Source: Eledone cirrhosa
Taxonomy: Eukaryota
Assembly (NCBI GenBank): GCA_964016885.1
Contig: OZ024743.1
Span: forward strand, 105,028,001 to 105,092,000
Reading direction: 5' to 3'
Length of the DNA stretch: 64,000 nt
The notes below the pieces were generated by a model that was given only the letters and a program-made list of their open reading frames with translations, had not been told where the DNA came from and did no database searches. Below are positions 1 to 12,120 of this stretch, piece after piece. Both the position numbers and the translations under genes were made by a program. The first letter of the stretch is position 1. The number at the start of each line of letters is the position of its first letter.

Positions 1-419
1 CAATAAAAAAACACAACGAAGTGAAAGAAAAACAACGAAAAACAGCTGCCGCCACCACCACCATTTTTAAACTGCGCCTACAAAGGATAGCAATGTGTAT
101 TTAGCCTTGGTTGTTGACCTTCCTAGTTGTGGGCTATACAATAAAAACACTGGTAGTTACGTAACCTCATTAACGCAAATCTCATGAAAATGATGAGAAA
201 AAAATATGAATTGAAACTGATATGGGGGTGGAAGTAAAAGTAGGACTTTCATGGAATTGGTTGACAAAATGTGATTTTAAGAGATCAAGCACTAAAGACA
301 AACTCGATAAGGAATATATGGACAGTCGATCGACTTTCGTCAAATCGGACCGAGGAAACAATGTTTCTGTTGGTCTTTCCAATTGCTTATACTATCTATC
401 GGTCGCAACTCCAAGTAGA

Positions 420-538
420 AGGAACAACGTGAAGTAAAGTGTCTTGCTCAACGACATAGCGCATCGCCCATCCAGGAATCGAACTCACCACCTCAGAAAT
501 GCGAATTCAATTCTCTATCCACTCAACCACACGCCTTC
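420..538 (-). mobile_element. tRNA-derived CORE-type SINE, 5' fragment
   Basis: Minus strand has a tRNA-like head with B box GAGTTCGATTCC followed by a CORE-like TTGAGCAAGACACTT segment; related copy at 38575-38828. Confidence 0.6.
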
Positions 539-579
539 GGAATATATACATATATCCCAAATAATACAAATACATATAG

Positions 580-1235
580 GGTATGTGGGAAGAAGGTGGA
601 AAGTGTAATGCATATGGTGAGTGCCTGTGGCATGCTCGTGTAGAGGGTATATAAAAAGCGTCAACATAAAATGTGCTTACACCCCCATTGGTCTTTATGC
701 AAAAAATATGCGTTTGCAATCACTGAGAAATGGTATCAACACAAACCAGAAAGGTTCCTAGAAAATCAGACTATAAAACTCTTGTGGGACTTAACAATAC
801 AGACAGATAGAGTTCCTCAAAATACAGGACCAGACATAATTTTGATGGAGAAAGGAACTCAAAGCAGGTGTTTGTTGATCGATTTAGCTTGCATAGGAGA
901 CAATTACATCAATTGTAATAAAAACGAGAAAAATCTAAAGTATGCAGACTTGAGAATAGCTGTCGAGAGAATGTTGAATATAAAAGCGAGAGTTGTATCA
1001 ATTGTGATTGAAGCACTTGGGTCGGTGACAGAAAACTTCCAGAAAAACATTGATAGAATTGGAATCAGCCCCCGAATTACGGCATTGTAAAACAACCTTT
1101 GGGAACAGCAAATATCTTGCGGAAAGTATTGTGGTTACATAACTTGATAGGGAGTCAATTAAATGATCTGGTGTTAATAAGCTCATCATTGTTCAAATGA
1201 TTAATAATAATAATTGCTTCTACTTTTTGGCACAA

Positions 1236-1267
<32 letters not shown>

Positions 1268-1270
1268 TAT
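580..1270 (+). mobile_element. R4/Dong-like non-LTR retrotransposon, 5'-truncated (CCHC remnant plus restriction-like endonuclease) with (TAA)n tail
   Basis: Reads VCGKKVESVMHMVSAC, then ORF 671-1090 has HWSLCKKY..KWYQHKPE..LLWDLTIQTDR..PDII..LLIDLAC..EKNLKYADL..VVSIVIEALG, the RLE C-terminus typical of R4/Dong; followed by (TAA)n at ~1202-1270. Confidence 0.85.
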
Positions 1271-1381
1271 AATTGCTTCTACTTTAGGCACAAGGCCAAC
1301 AATTTGAAAGGGAGGAGAAAGTCGATTAAATCGATACCAGTGCATTACTGGTACTTTATTTTATCGACTCTGTAAGGATGA
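1271..1381 (-). mobile_element. tRNA-derived SINE family A, 3' part
   Basis: Reverse complement of the core CATCCTTAC..GTCGATAAAATAAAGTACCAG and tail GGCCTTGTGCCTAAAGTAGAA seen in full copies. Confidence 0.8.
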
Positions 1382-2139
1382 CTAATAATGGTAATAATTA
1401 GAATAATAAATAGATGAAAAAAAAGGAATTAACCAAATGCCCCCCCCCCCCCCTCCCCCCACGAAAAAAACAAAAAAAACAAACAAACAAAATAACATTC
1501 GAAACATTAAGGAAACAACAAAAACCTCCACAACAACAGCAACAAACAACAGTATTGAAATAAGAATACCATAACGTCGCTCCAGCATTGCCACAAACCA
1601 ACTAGTAAACGAGTAAACATATAAATGAAATAAAAGCCACCATGTTTAACATTGATGAAGACAATTAAAGTGCTATATTTGCTGTGGAAGATACACGATA
1701 ATTTCAAATGTTATTTCATTTAGATTTTCGTCATTCGTCATTCTTGCTATTTCATTCTTTGCTTCTCCGTCTTCCTTCTTCCTTCGCCATTTTTCTTTTT
1801 CTATTTTTTTTCCATTTTACCTTGTTTAGTTATTTATTTGTTTATTTGTGATTTATGTTTTTGGTATATTTGTTTGTGACAATTTCCCATCGCATTATAA
1901 ATTTTGATAGAATTTCATAACATTCCAAATGAATTTAAATTTATGATTAGCAAGCGAACATGTAACAGATCTTAATTCTTAATCTAATTTTAGCTGAAAA
2001 ATAAGACTTTGTGTAATTTCACGCGCATTTCTTCACATTCTTTTATTAATTTTTCTTCTTTTCTTTTTCACTCATTTCAGTGTTAAAATGTTATCTTGTA
2101 GAGCAAATTCCAAACATAACTAAAGGTCTCAATGGAAAA

Positions 2140-2360
2140 CAACAACAACAGAAACAACAGCAAAAACCATAGTAAACAAGATTTAAATAATAATAATAAT
2201 AATAGTAATAATAATGGTAATAATAGCAATAACAACAACAACAACACACACAACAGCAGCAGAAGCCACAGCAACAACAAGAACAAGAACAAGTATGAGA
2301 ACAGTTAGAATAATCGTTGACAGTATTAAAGAATGATAACAGTAATAATAATAGCAATTA
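2140..2360. repeat. Cryptic AAC/AAT/AGC trinucleotide low-complexity tract
   Basis: Mixed (AAC)n, (AAT)n and (AGC)n runs. Confidence 0.8.
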
Positions 2361-2710
2361 TTTGATAATGATGATACTGAGAGAGAAAAAGATGATAAAA
2401 GATACTGCTGAAAATGATAGTGCTTTTCATGATAATAATAAGTGAACGCAGATAGCTATTATACAAATCTCACCGAACGAGATATAGCAGTATCTTCCAT
2501 ATTTGAATTAAATTTTCATTGTTTGGTTAAAAAGTTGTTAAGAGAAAGTTCATGGAGATTGTTACGTTTTTACTAGAACGTAACATTAGAGTGAAATAAA
2601 TGTTAATTCTCTATTAACTCTTAACATCCTGCAATAATTTAGCAGAAAATACCTCAAACAAGATTTGTTAATTCAAATGATTAGAGTATCTTTACTATGG
2701 ACAGAACCTC

Positions 2711-4080
2711 ATGAAAATGTGCTATGCAACCAGGCAGTTCTTCAATAGCTGCCCATCGGAACCGGCATACAGGGACTCCTGGCACCTCATTGTCAAGCTT
2801 GACATGAGGAATGCCTTCAACTCTTTACGCCGGGATCATCTGTTCGAGGCCTACCTCAGCCGAGCCCCCTCTGCCTACCCGCTGGCCTACCTGTCATATG
2901 GAGTCCCGAGCATGCTCCTTGCTGCTGATACGGTCATACCCTCGGCTACTGGGGTCCAACAGCTTTGCCGGCGTATCTGTCATCGGTAACCTCGTGCCGC
3001 ATCCTCGTCAGCAGGGTTCTTCAAAACACAACAGAACCCTCTGTGTTCAGAGAACGTGAGGCGGCCTGTGAGACGTGGGACAGGCTGGGACTTAGCCCAG
3101 TAGAGGGCCGTCCTTCTTCTCCCCCTGTTGACGTCAAGTACCCCCAACGCACTTGGGATGCAATCCAGTGCAGCCTGGCCTCAGACAGGCTCATGCGCCA
3201 GCTCGACCAGCACCGCCTTGCTTGTTTCCGTGCGGCCTCCAAACCCCACAGTAGTGCCTGGCTCCATGCCCTGCCCTCCTCCACTGGCACGCAACTAGAC
3301 AAACATAGCCTGCGAATCGGCGTTTCCCTGAGGCTCGGCCTCCGGATCTGCCAGCCACACCAATGTCGCTGCGGTTCCACCGTGGACTCTTTCGGCCTCC
3401 ACCCGCTTTCCTGTCGCCACAGTGCCGACCGCATTCCACGCCATGCTGCCCTCAACGAGATCATTAAGCATGGCTTGGACGCTGCAGGCTTCCCTTCCCA
3501 GCTCGAGCCGGTGGGGCTGGATCGAGGGGACGGCAAAAGGTCAGATGGCATGACCATCTTCCCGTTCCGCGGTGACAAACCCCTCGTCTGGGATGCCACA
3601 TGCACCGACATTTTCTGCAGCCGCAACCTGGTGCAGTCTGCGACTGACCCAGGTTCTGCTGCACGTCGGGCTGAGGGGGCCAAACTCCTCAAAAACCGTT
3701 CGCTCTCCGACAGGTTTGCGGTCGTACCCCTGGCAGTGGAGACTTCTGGTGTCCTCGGGCCCAGGGTAACCTCCTTACTCACCACCATAGGCGCTGAGCT
3801 GGCCAGTCGCAGGTGTGAGCCCCGCGAGCTGGCGTGGCTTTTACAGCGCGTCTCCCTTGCCGTCCTACGGGGAACCGCCTTCTCCATTCTGTCCGCCGGG
3901 GCTGTGGGTGGGCCCCATCGCGTACCGTTCTAGTTGTTGTATACAGATATTAACTTATCAATCCATTGTCCTAATCCAAAAGTTAAATGCTTATTATTTT
4001 TTCGCTTTTTAGGTTTATATTTTTCTAGTTTTTCCTTCTATCAACTCCAAATTTTAATAAAATGACTGCATAACAAAACA
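2711..4080 (+). mobile_element. CRE-clade non-LTR retrotransposon, 5'-truncated and internally deleted (RT fragment plus zinc knuckle and RLE, then 3' UTR)
   Basis: ORF 2711-2989 has VKLDMRNAFNSLRRD and SATGVQQ (RT motifs). ORF 2965-3933 has LPAYLSS..AWLHALPS..CRCG..HPLSC..RHAALNEII..EPVGLDRGDGKRSDG..LVWDATC..VPLAVETSGVLG..LLQRVSLAVLRG. GC-rich island in AT-rich flanks. Confidence 0.88.
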
Positions 4081-4159
4081 AATTTAGCAGACAATGTCTG
4101 CAAAAAGTGTTTATTGATTCATATGATTAGAGTATCTTTACTAGTGGACAGACCATTGT

Positions 4160-4342
4160 GAATATTTGTGGTATTTAGTTATAGTTCTTCCGCTCTAAGT
4201 TTAAATCTCGTTGAGGTTAACTTTGCCTTTCTCCCTTACGAGGTTGATAAAATAAAGTATCAGTCAAGTTCAGGGGTGGATTTAATCGACTTTCCCCGCG
4301 TCAAAAATTGCCGGTCTTGTGCCTAAATTACAAACCATTATT
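4160..4342 (+). mobile_element. SINE family A (degenerate)
   Basis: B-box remnant AAGTTTAAATCTC, core GTTAACTTTGCCTTTCTCCCTTACGAGGTTGATAAAATAAAGTATCAG, tail CTTGTGCCTAAATTAC. Confidence 0.8.
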
Positions 4343-4415
4343 AGTTTATATTTTGCATGTAATCATCCTTATTGTTATAGTGTAACAGCGGAGAGAAAAC
4401 AAAGCAAATAGAAAA

Positions 4416-4417
<2 letters not shown>

Positions 4418-4500
<83 letters not shown>
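4418..4500. repeat. Compound (TA)n(GA)n microsatellite
   Basis: Direct reading. Confidence 0.95.
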
Positions 4501-4503
<3 letters not shown>

Positions 4504-4799
4504 GAGGGAGAGAAAAGCCGACAACCATTGCCTTTATTCATCATCATATCGACGACTGACGCCTCAGCCTATGTGTGAGTCGGAAATGAAACTTCAAGTA
4601 GGGTAGGTGCGAAAAGGATTCGATTAACTCGTTGATAAAAGTGGCCCGAGGGGAAGGAGCAGGAGGAGAGGGGGGTAGACGTCATACTCGATAAATGTCA
4701 CATGCAACTAAAAAGTCAGTTAAATTTATTTTATTTTATTGCTAATATATATATATATATGTACACGCACACTCAGACGCACACATATGCATATATATA

Positions 4800-4824
4800 T
4801 GTATGCACACACATACACACACAC

Positions 4825-4895
<71 letters not shown>
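4800..4895. repeat. (CA)n/(TA)n microsatellite
   Basis: Direct reading. Confidence 0.95.
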
Positions 4896-4897
<2 letters not shown>

Positions 4898-5124
4898 GGT
4901 GAAGTACATGATAAAATGAATCATAAATTTATCAAACAAATTGTAAACATGCTCAGCAAAACACAACTTATATAGACACACATATATGCACATTTTCTAC
5001 TAGCACACATACACATATTTCTTCTACTCTTTTACGCATACACACACCGACTTTCTTGCGTTCTCTTCCACAAGCACAAACTAACCCCACCCACCATCAC
5101 GCCTTTCCTTCACTCACACTGTAG

Positions 5125-5457
5125 GACCTACGTCGGTTCCGACGATGAGTGTTCCAATTGTCTGAACTACGAAACTGCCTAATCATGAAATTACCGTGGC
5201 AGTGGTTGAGCATTTCTCCGACACATGTACCCATAACGGAATTCTAAGGAAGGTAGAGCGTCAGCGTGACACAGTGTGTGATAAGGCTGTCCTTTGAATT
5301 ACAGGTACAGTACATCTGACACCCTTCCAAACAGTTTCTGTCTACAATATCATTCACAAGGCATGGGTCGACATGCAGCTGTAGTAAATGACACTTGCAC
5401 TGATCGATCCGGGACCTAATGATTGCGAAGCAAATTCCTTAACCATTCGGCCATGCT
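5125..5457 (-). mobile_element. tRNA-derived SINE family B (degenerate)
   Basis: tRNA-like head on the minus strand (AGCATGGCCGAATGGTTAAG); shares blocks GAAATTA..GTGG.TGA, TACCC.TAACG, TTTGAATTAC..GTACAG and CTTCCAAACAGTTTCTG with 17040-17290, and partly with 32165-32380. Confidence 0.6.
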
Positions 5458-5489
5458 ACATTCATTACGCATACACACACCCACCCAAC

Positions 5490-5520
<31 letters not shown>

Positions 5521-5787
5521 CATTATAACTTTAAATATCAGATTTAAATCGTTCGTGGAGATGATTATATCCGACGGCAAGTGGTTTTGGGTGGTGGAGG
5601 CTTATGGTGACTGTAGTAGTTGTGGTTGTAGTAGAGGTGGTGATATTAGAGGTGGTTTTAATTAACCTACTGGTTGTTTTAGTGGTAGTTCTGGTTGTTT
5701 TTATTGGTCATGTTTTTGTTATGCTGTTAATGGTTGTGACGATAAAGGTGTTGTTGGTAGTGTTGTGGGTTCGTCGTTTTGGTGGAT

Positions 5788-8700
5788 AGTTGTGTTGTCA
5801 GTTGGTAGTGTTGTAGGTTGGTTGTGTTGTAGGTTGGTTGTGTTGTAGGTTGGTTGTGTTGTCGGTTGGTTGTGTTGTCGGTTGGTTGTGTTGTAGGTTG
5901 GTTGTGTTATCGGTTGGTTGTGTTGTCGGTTGGTTGTGTTGTCGGTTGGTTGTGTTGTAGGTTGGTTGTGTTGTCGGTTGGTTGTGTTGTCGGTTGGTTG
6001 TGTTGTCGGTTGGTTGTGATGTCGGTTGGTTGTGTTGTCGGTTGGTTGTTTTGTCAATTGGTAGTGTTGTCGGTTGGTTGTGTTGTCGGTTGACTGTGTT
6101 GTCAGTTGTTAGTGTTGTCGGTTGGTTGTGTTGTCGGTTGCTTGCTTTGTCAGTTGGTAGTGTTGTCGGTTGGTTGTCATGTCGGTTGGTTGTGTTGTCG
6201 GTTGGTTGTTTTGTCGGTTGGTTGTGTTGTCGGTTGGTTGTGTTGACGGTTGGTTGTGTTGTCGGCTGGTTGTGTTGACGGTTGGTTGTGTTGTCGGCTG
6301 GTTGTGTTGTCGGTTGGTTGTGTTAACGGTTGGTGGTGTTGTCGGCTGGTTGTGTTGACGGTTGGTTGTGTTGTCGGCTGGTTGTGTTGTCGGTTGGTTG
6401 TGAAGTCGGTTGGTTGTGTTGTTGGTTGGTTGCTTTGTCAGTTGGTAGTGTTGTCGGTTGGTTGTCATGACGGTTAGTTGTCATGACGGTTGGTTGTATT
6501 GTCGGTTGGTTGTGTTGTCGGTTGGTTGTGTTGTCGGCTGGTTGTGTTGTCGGTTGGTTATGAAGTCGGTTGGTTGTGTTATTGGTTGGTTGTGTTGTCA
6601 GTTGGTAGTGTTGTCGGTTGGTTGTCATGTCGGTTGGTTGTGATGTCGGTTGGTTGTGTTGTCGGTTGGTTGTGTTGTTGGTTGGTTGTGTTGTCGGCGA
6701 TTGTGTTGTCGGCTGGTTGTGAAGTCGGTTGGTTGTGTTGTTGGTTGGTTGCTTTGTCAGTTGGTTGTGTTGTCGGTTGGTTGTCATGTCGGTTCGTTGT
6801 GATGTCGGTTAGTTGTGTTGTCGGTTGGTTGTGTTGTCGGCTGGTTGTGTTGTCGGTTGGTTGTGAAGTCGGTTGGTTGTGTTGTTGGTTGGCTGCTTTG
6901 TCAGTTGGTAGTGTTGTCGGTTGGTTGTCATGTCGGTTGGTTGTGATGTCGGTTGGTTGTATTGTCGGTTGGTTGTGTTGTCGGTTGGTTGTGTTGTCGG
7001 CTGGTTGTGTTGTCGGTTGGTTGTGAAGTCGGTTGGTTGTGTTGTTGGTTGGTTGCTTTGTCAGTTGGTAGTGTTGTCGGTTGGTTGTCATGTCGGTTGG
7101 TTGTGATGTCGGTTGGTTGTGTTGTCGGTTGGTTGTGTTGTCGGTTGGTTGTGTTGTCGGCGATTGTGTTGTCGGTTGGTTGTGAAGTCGGTTGGTTGTG
7201 TTGTTGGTTGGTTGCTTTGTCAGTTGGTAGTGTTATCGGTTGGTTGTCATGTCGGTTGGTTGTGATGTCGGTTAGTTGTGTTGTCGGTTGGTTGTGTTGT
7301 CGGCTGGTTGTGTTGTCGGTTGGTTGTGAAGTCGGTTGGTTGTGTTGTTGGTTGGCTGCTTTGTCAGTTGGTAGTGTTGTCGGTTGGTTGTGTTGTCGGT
7401 TGGTTGTGTTGTCGGTTGGTTGTGTTGTCGGTTGGTTGTCATGTCGGCTAGTTGTGATGTCGGTTGGTTGTGTTGTCGGTTGGTTGTGTTGTCGGCTGGT
7501 TGTGTTGTCGGTTGGTTGTCATGTCGGTTGGTTGTGTTGTCGGTTGGTTGTGTTGTGGGTTGGTTGTGTTGTCGGTTGTGTTGTCGGTTGGTTGTGTTGT
7601 CGGCTGGTTGTGTTGTCGGTTGGTTGTGTTGTTGGTTGGTTGCTTTGTCAGTGGTAGTGTTGTCGGTTGGTTGTCATGTCGGTTGGTTGTGATGTCGGTT
7701 AGTTGTGTTGTCGGTTGGTTGTGTTGTCGGCTGGTTGTGTTGTCGGTTGGTTGTGAAGTCGGTTGGTTGTGTTGTTGGTTGGCTGCTTTGTCAGTTGGTA
7801 GTGTTGTCGGTTGGTTGTGTTGTCGGTTGGTTGTGTTGTCGGCTGGTTGTGTTGTCGGTTGGTTGTGAAGTCGGTTGGTTGTGTTGTTGGTTGGTTGCTT
7901 TGTCAGTTGGTAGTGTTGTCGGTTGGTTGTCATGTCGGTTGGTTGTGATGTCGGTTGGTTGTGTTGTCGGTTGGTTGTGTTGTCGGTTGGTTGTGTTGTC
8001 GGCGATTGTGTTGTCGGTTGGTTGTGAAGTCGGTTGGTTGTGTTGTTGGTTGGTTGCTTTGTCAGTTGGTAGTGTTGTCGGTTGGTTGTCATGTCGGTTG
8101 GTTGTGATGTCGGTTAGTTGTGTTGTCGGTTGGTTGTGTTGTCGGCTGGTTGTGTTGTCGGTGGTTGTGAAGTCGGTTGGTTGTGTTGTTGGTTGGCTGC
8201 TTTGTCAGTTGGTAGTGTTGTCGGTTGGTTGTGTTGTCGGTTGGTTGTGTTGTCGGTTGGTTGTCATGTCGGCTAGTTGTGATGTCGGTTGGTTGTGTTG
8301 TCGGTTGGTTGTGTTGTCGGCTGGTTGTGTTGTCGGTTGGTTGTCATGTCGGTTGGTTGTGTTGTCGGTTGGTTGTGTTGTGGGTTGGTTGTGTTGTCGG
8401 TTGTGTTGTCGGTTGGTTGTGTTGTCGGCTGGTTGTGTTGTCGGTTGGTTGTGTTGTCAGTTGGTTGTGTTGTCGGTTGGTTGTTTTGTCGGTTGGTTGT
8501 TTTGTCGGTTGGTTGTGTTGTCGGTTGGTTGTGTTGTCGGTTGGTTGTGTTGTCGGTTGGTTGTGTTGTCGGTTGGTCGTGTTGTCGGTTGGTTGTTTTG
8601 TCGGTTGGTTATGTTGTCGGTTGGATGTGTTGTCGGTTGGTCGTGTTGTCGGTTGGTTGTGATGTCGGTTGGTTGTGTTGTCAGTTGGTTGTGTTGTCGG

Positions 8701-9585
8701 CTGGTTGTGATGTCGGCTGTTTGTGTTGTCGGTTGGTTGTGTTGTCGGTTGGTCGTGTTGTCGGTTGGTTGTTTTGTCGGTTGGTTATGTTGTCGGTTGG
8801 ATGTGTTGTCGGTTGGTCGTGTTGTCGGTTGGTTGTGATGTCGGTTGGTTGTGTTGTCAGTTGGTTGCGTTGTCGGCTGGTTGTGATGTCGGCTGGTTGT
8901 GTTGTCGGTTGGTTGTGTTGTCGGTTGGTTGTGTTGTCGGTTGGTTGTGTTGTCGGTTGGTTGTGGTGTCGGTTGGTTGTGTTGTCGGTTGGTTGTGATT
9001 TCGGTTGATTGTGATGTCGGCTGGTTGTGTTGTCAGTTGGTTTTGTTGTCGGTTGGTTGTGTTGTCGGTTGATTGTGATGTCGGCTGGTTGTGTTGTCAG
9101 TTGGTTGTGTTGTCGGTTGGTTGTGTTGTCGGTTGGTTGTGTTGTCGGTTGGTTGTGTTGTCGGTTGGTAGTATTGTCGGTTGGTAGTGTTGTCGGTTGG
9201 TAGTGTTGTCGGTTGGTAGTGTTGTCGGTTGGTTGTGTTGTCGGTTGGTTGTGTTGTCAGTTGGTTGTGTTGTCGGTTGGTTGTGTTGTCGGTTGGTAGT
9301 GTTTTTGGTTGGTTGTGTTGTCGGTTGGTTGTGTTGTCAGTTGGTTGTGTTGTCGGTTGGTTGTGTTGTCGGTTGTTTGTGTTGTCGGTTGGTAGTGTTG
9401 TCGGTTGGTTGTGTTGTCGGTTGGTAGAGTTGTCGGTTGGTAGTGTATTTGGTTGGTAGTGTTGTCAGTTGGTAGTGTTGTCAGTTGGTAGTGTTCTTGG
9501 TTGGTTGTGTTGTCGGTTGGTTGTGTTGTCGGTTGGTTGTGTTGTCGGTTGGTAGTGTTGTCGGTTGGTTGTGTTGTCGGTTGAT
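5788..9585. repeat. 16-bp minisatellite (GTTGGTTGTGTTGTCG)n, ~3.8 kb
   Basis: Continuous 16-nt period with variant units (TGAAGTC, TCATGTC, GCTTTGTC) recurring in higher-order blocks. Confidence 0.97.
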
Positions 9586-9599
9586 AGAGTTGTTAGAAG

Positions 9600-10340
9600 T
9601 TGTTATGGTGTAGTGCTGGTGGTAGTGCAGTGTAGGTGATTGGGGGGGGGGGGGGTCGTTGTCGGTTTTTGTGGTAGTTTTGGTGGTGGTTGTATGCTTT
9701 GATGGTAGTTGTATAGTTAGTTGTAGTCGTGGTGCTGTTTTATGTGAACGGTGGTGGTTGTAGTAATGGTGGTGGTCTTAATTGTGGTGGTGATTGTTGT
9801 AGTGATGATGATTATTGTAGTGATGGTGGGGATAGTAATGGTGGAGGTTGTTGTAGTGGTGGTGATTGTTGTAGAGGCGATGGTTGGTGTAGTGGCGGTG
9901 GTGATTCTAGTAGTTGTGGTGATTGTAATGGTCGTGGTTATTGTAGTAGTGGTGGTGTTGATTGTAATGGTGATGGTTGTAGTAGTTGTAGTGGTTATTG
10001 TAATATTAGTGGATGTTGTAATGGTGGTGGTTGTTGTAGTGGTGGTGATTGTTGTAGTGGTGATGGTGATTGTAATTGTGGTGTCGGTTCTCATGCTAAT
10101 AATGTTTGTGTTAGTGATGTTGGTAGTTGTAACATTGCTGGTTGCAGTGTTCTTAGTGGTGTTGGTGGTGTTGGTAGCGTTGTTTGTTGTTATAGTAGTT
10201 GTTGTTTTGTTGATTGTTGTAGCGGTGTTAGTTGTGTTGCTATTACTGGCATTAGTGTTAGTGGTTGTGGTATTGGTGTTGGTGGTTGTGGTGTTGGTGT
10301 TAGTGGTATTGATGTTAGTGGTGTTGATATTAGAGGTGTA
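9600..10340. repeat. Cryptic GTG/GTA/GAT/GTT low-complexity tract
   Basis: GT-rich degenerate triplets that give Val/Gly-rich pseudo-ORFs. Confidence 0.85.
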
Positions 10341-12120
10341 GGTGGTGTAGTATATTGTAGAGATGTGGTGTTGTTTATTGTAGTGATGTGGTGTTGTTTA
10401 TTGTAGAGGTGGTGTAGTATATTGTAGAGATGTGGTGTTGTTTATTGTAGAGCTGGTGTAGTATATTATAGAGATATGGTGTTGTTTATTGTAGCGGTAA
10501 TATAGTATATTGTAGAGGTAGTGTAGTATACTGTAGAAGCGGTGTAGTATATTGTAGAGGTAGTGTAGTATATTGTAGAGGTAGTGTAGTATATTGTAGA
10601 GGTGGTGTAGTATATTTTAGAGGTATATTGTTGAGGTAGTGTAGTATATACACTACAATATACTACACTACTTCTACAATATACTACACCACCTCTACAA
10701 TATACTACACTACTTCTACAATATACTACACTACCTCTACAATATACTACACTACCTCTACAATATACTACACCGCTTCTACAGTATACTACACTACCTC
10801 TACAATATACTATATTACCGCTACAATAAACAACACCACAGCTCTGCAATATACTACACCAGCTCTACAATAAACAACACCACATCTCTACAATATACTC
10901 CACCACCTCTACAATAAACACACCACATCTCTACAATATGCTACACCACCTACACCTCTAATATCAACACCACTAACATCAATACCACTAACACCAACAC
11001 CACAACCACTAACACCAATACCACAACCACTAGTGTAGTATATTGTAGAGGTGGTGTAGTACATTGTAGAGGTATATTGTAGAGGTAGTTTAGTACATTG
11101 TAGAGGTAGTGTAGTATATTGTAGAGGTGGTGTAGTATATTGTAGAGGCGGTGTAGTATATTGTAGAGGTGGTGTAGTATATTGTAGAGGTGCTGTAGTA
11201 TATTGTAGAGGTATATTATAGAGGTAGTGTAGTATATTGTAGAGGTAGTGTAGTATATTGTAGAGGTAGTGTAGTATATTGTAGAGGTAGTGTAGTATAT
11301 TGTAGAGGTGGTGTAGTATATTGTAGAGGTGGTGTAGTATATTGTAGAAGTGCTGTAGTATATTGTAGTAGTATATTGTAGAGGTGGTGTAGTATATTGT
11401 AGAGGTATATTGTAGAGGTAGTATAGTATATTGTAGAGGTGGTGTAGTATATTGTAGAGGTGGTGTAGTATATTGTAGAGGTATATTGTAGAGGTAGTAT
11501 AGTATATTGTAGAGGTGGTGTAGTATATTGTAGAGGTGGTGTAGTATATTGTAGAGGTATATTGTAGAGGTAGTATAGTATATTGTAGAGGTGGTGTAGT
11601 ATATTGTAGAGGTAGTGTAGTATATTGTAGAGGTGGTGTAGTATATTGTAGAGGTGGTGTAGTATATTGTAGAAGTGCTGTAGTATATTGTAGTAGTATA
11701 TTGTAGAGGTGGTGTAGTATATTGTAGAGGTATATTGTAGAGGTAGTATAGTATATTGTAGAGGTGGTGTAGTATATTGTAGAGGTGGTGTAGTATATTG
11801 TAGAGGTGGTGTAGTATATTGTAGAGGTGGTGTAGTATATTGTAGAGGTAGTGTAGTATATTGTAGAGGTGATGTAGTATATTGTAGAGGTGGTGTAGTA
11901 TATTGTAGAGGTGGTGTAGTATATTGTAGAGGTGGTGTAGTATACTGTAGAGGTGGTGTAGTATATTGTAGAAGTGGTGTAGTATATTGTAGAGGTGGTG
12001 TAGTATATTGTAGAGGTGGTGTAGTATATTGTAGAGGTGGTGTAGTATATTGTAGAGGTGGTGTAGTATACTGTAGAGGTGGTGTAGTATATTGTAGAGG
12101 TGGTGTAGTATATTGTAGAA
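10340..12120. repeat. 21-bp minisatellite (GTAGTATATTGTAGAGGTGGT)n with an internal inverted segment
   Basis: 21-nt period; 10651-11032 is on the opposite strand. Confidence 0.95.

Noticed and set aside
3021-3887. 288-aa minus-strand ORF
   Set aside because: Antisense shadow of the GC-rich CRE ORF; no recognisable motifs.
5719-9459. Many long Cys/Val or Thr/Asn/Gln-rich ORFs
   Set aside because: Translations of the 16-bp minisatellite in all frames; the period is not a multiple of 3.
5788-12120. GT-rich arrays as telomeric repeats
   Set aside because: No TTAGGG-type unit, and the arrays are internal and flanked by ordinary repeats.
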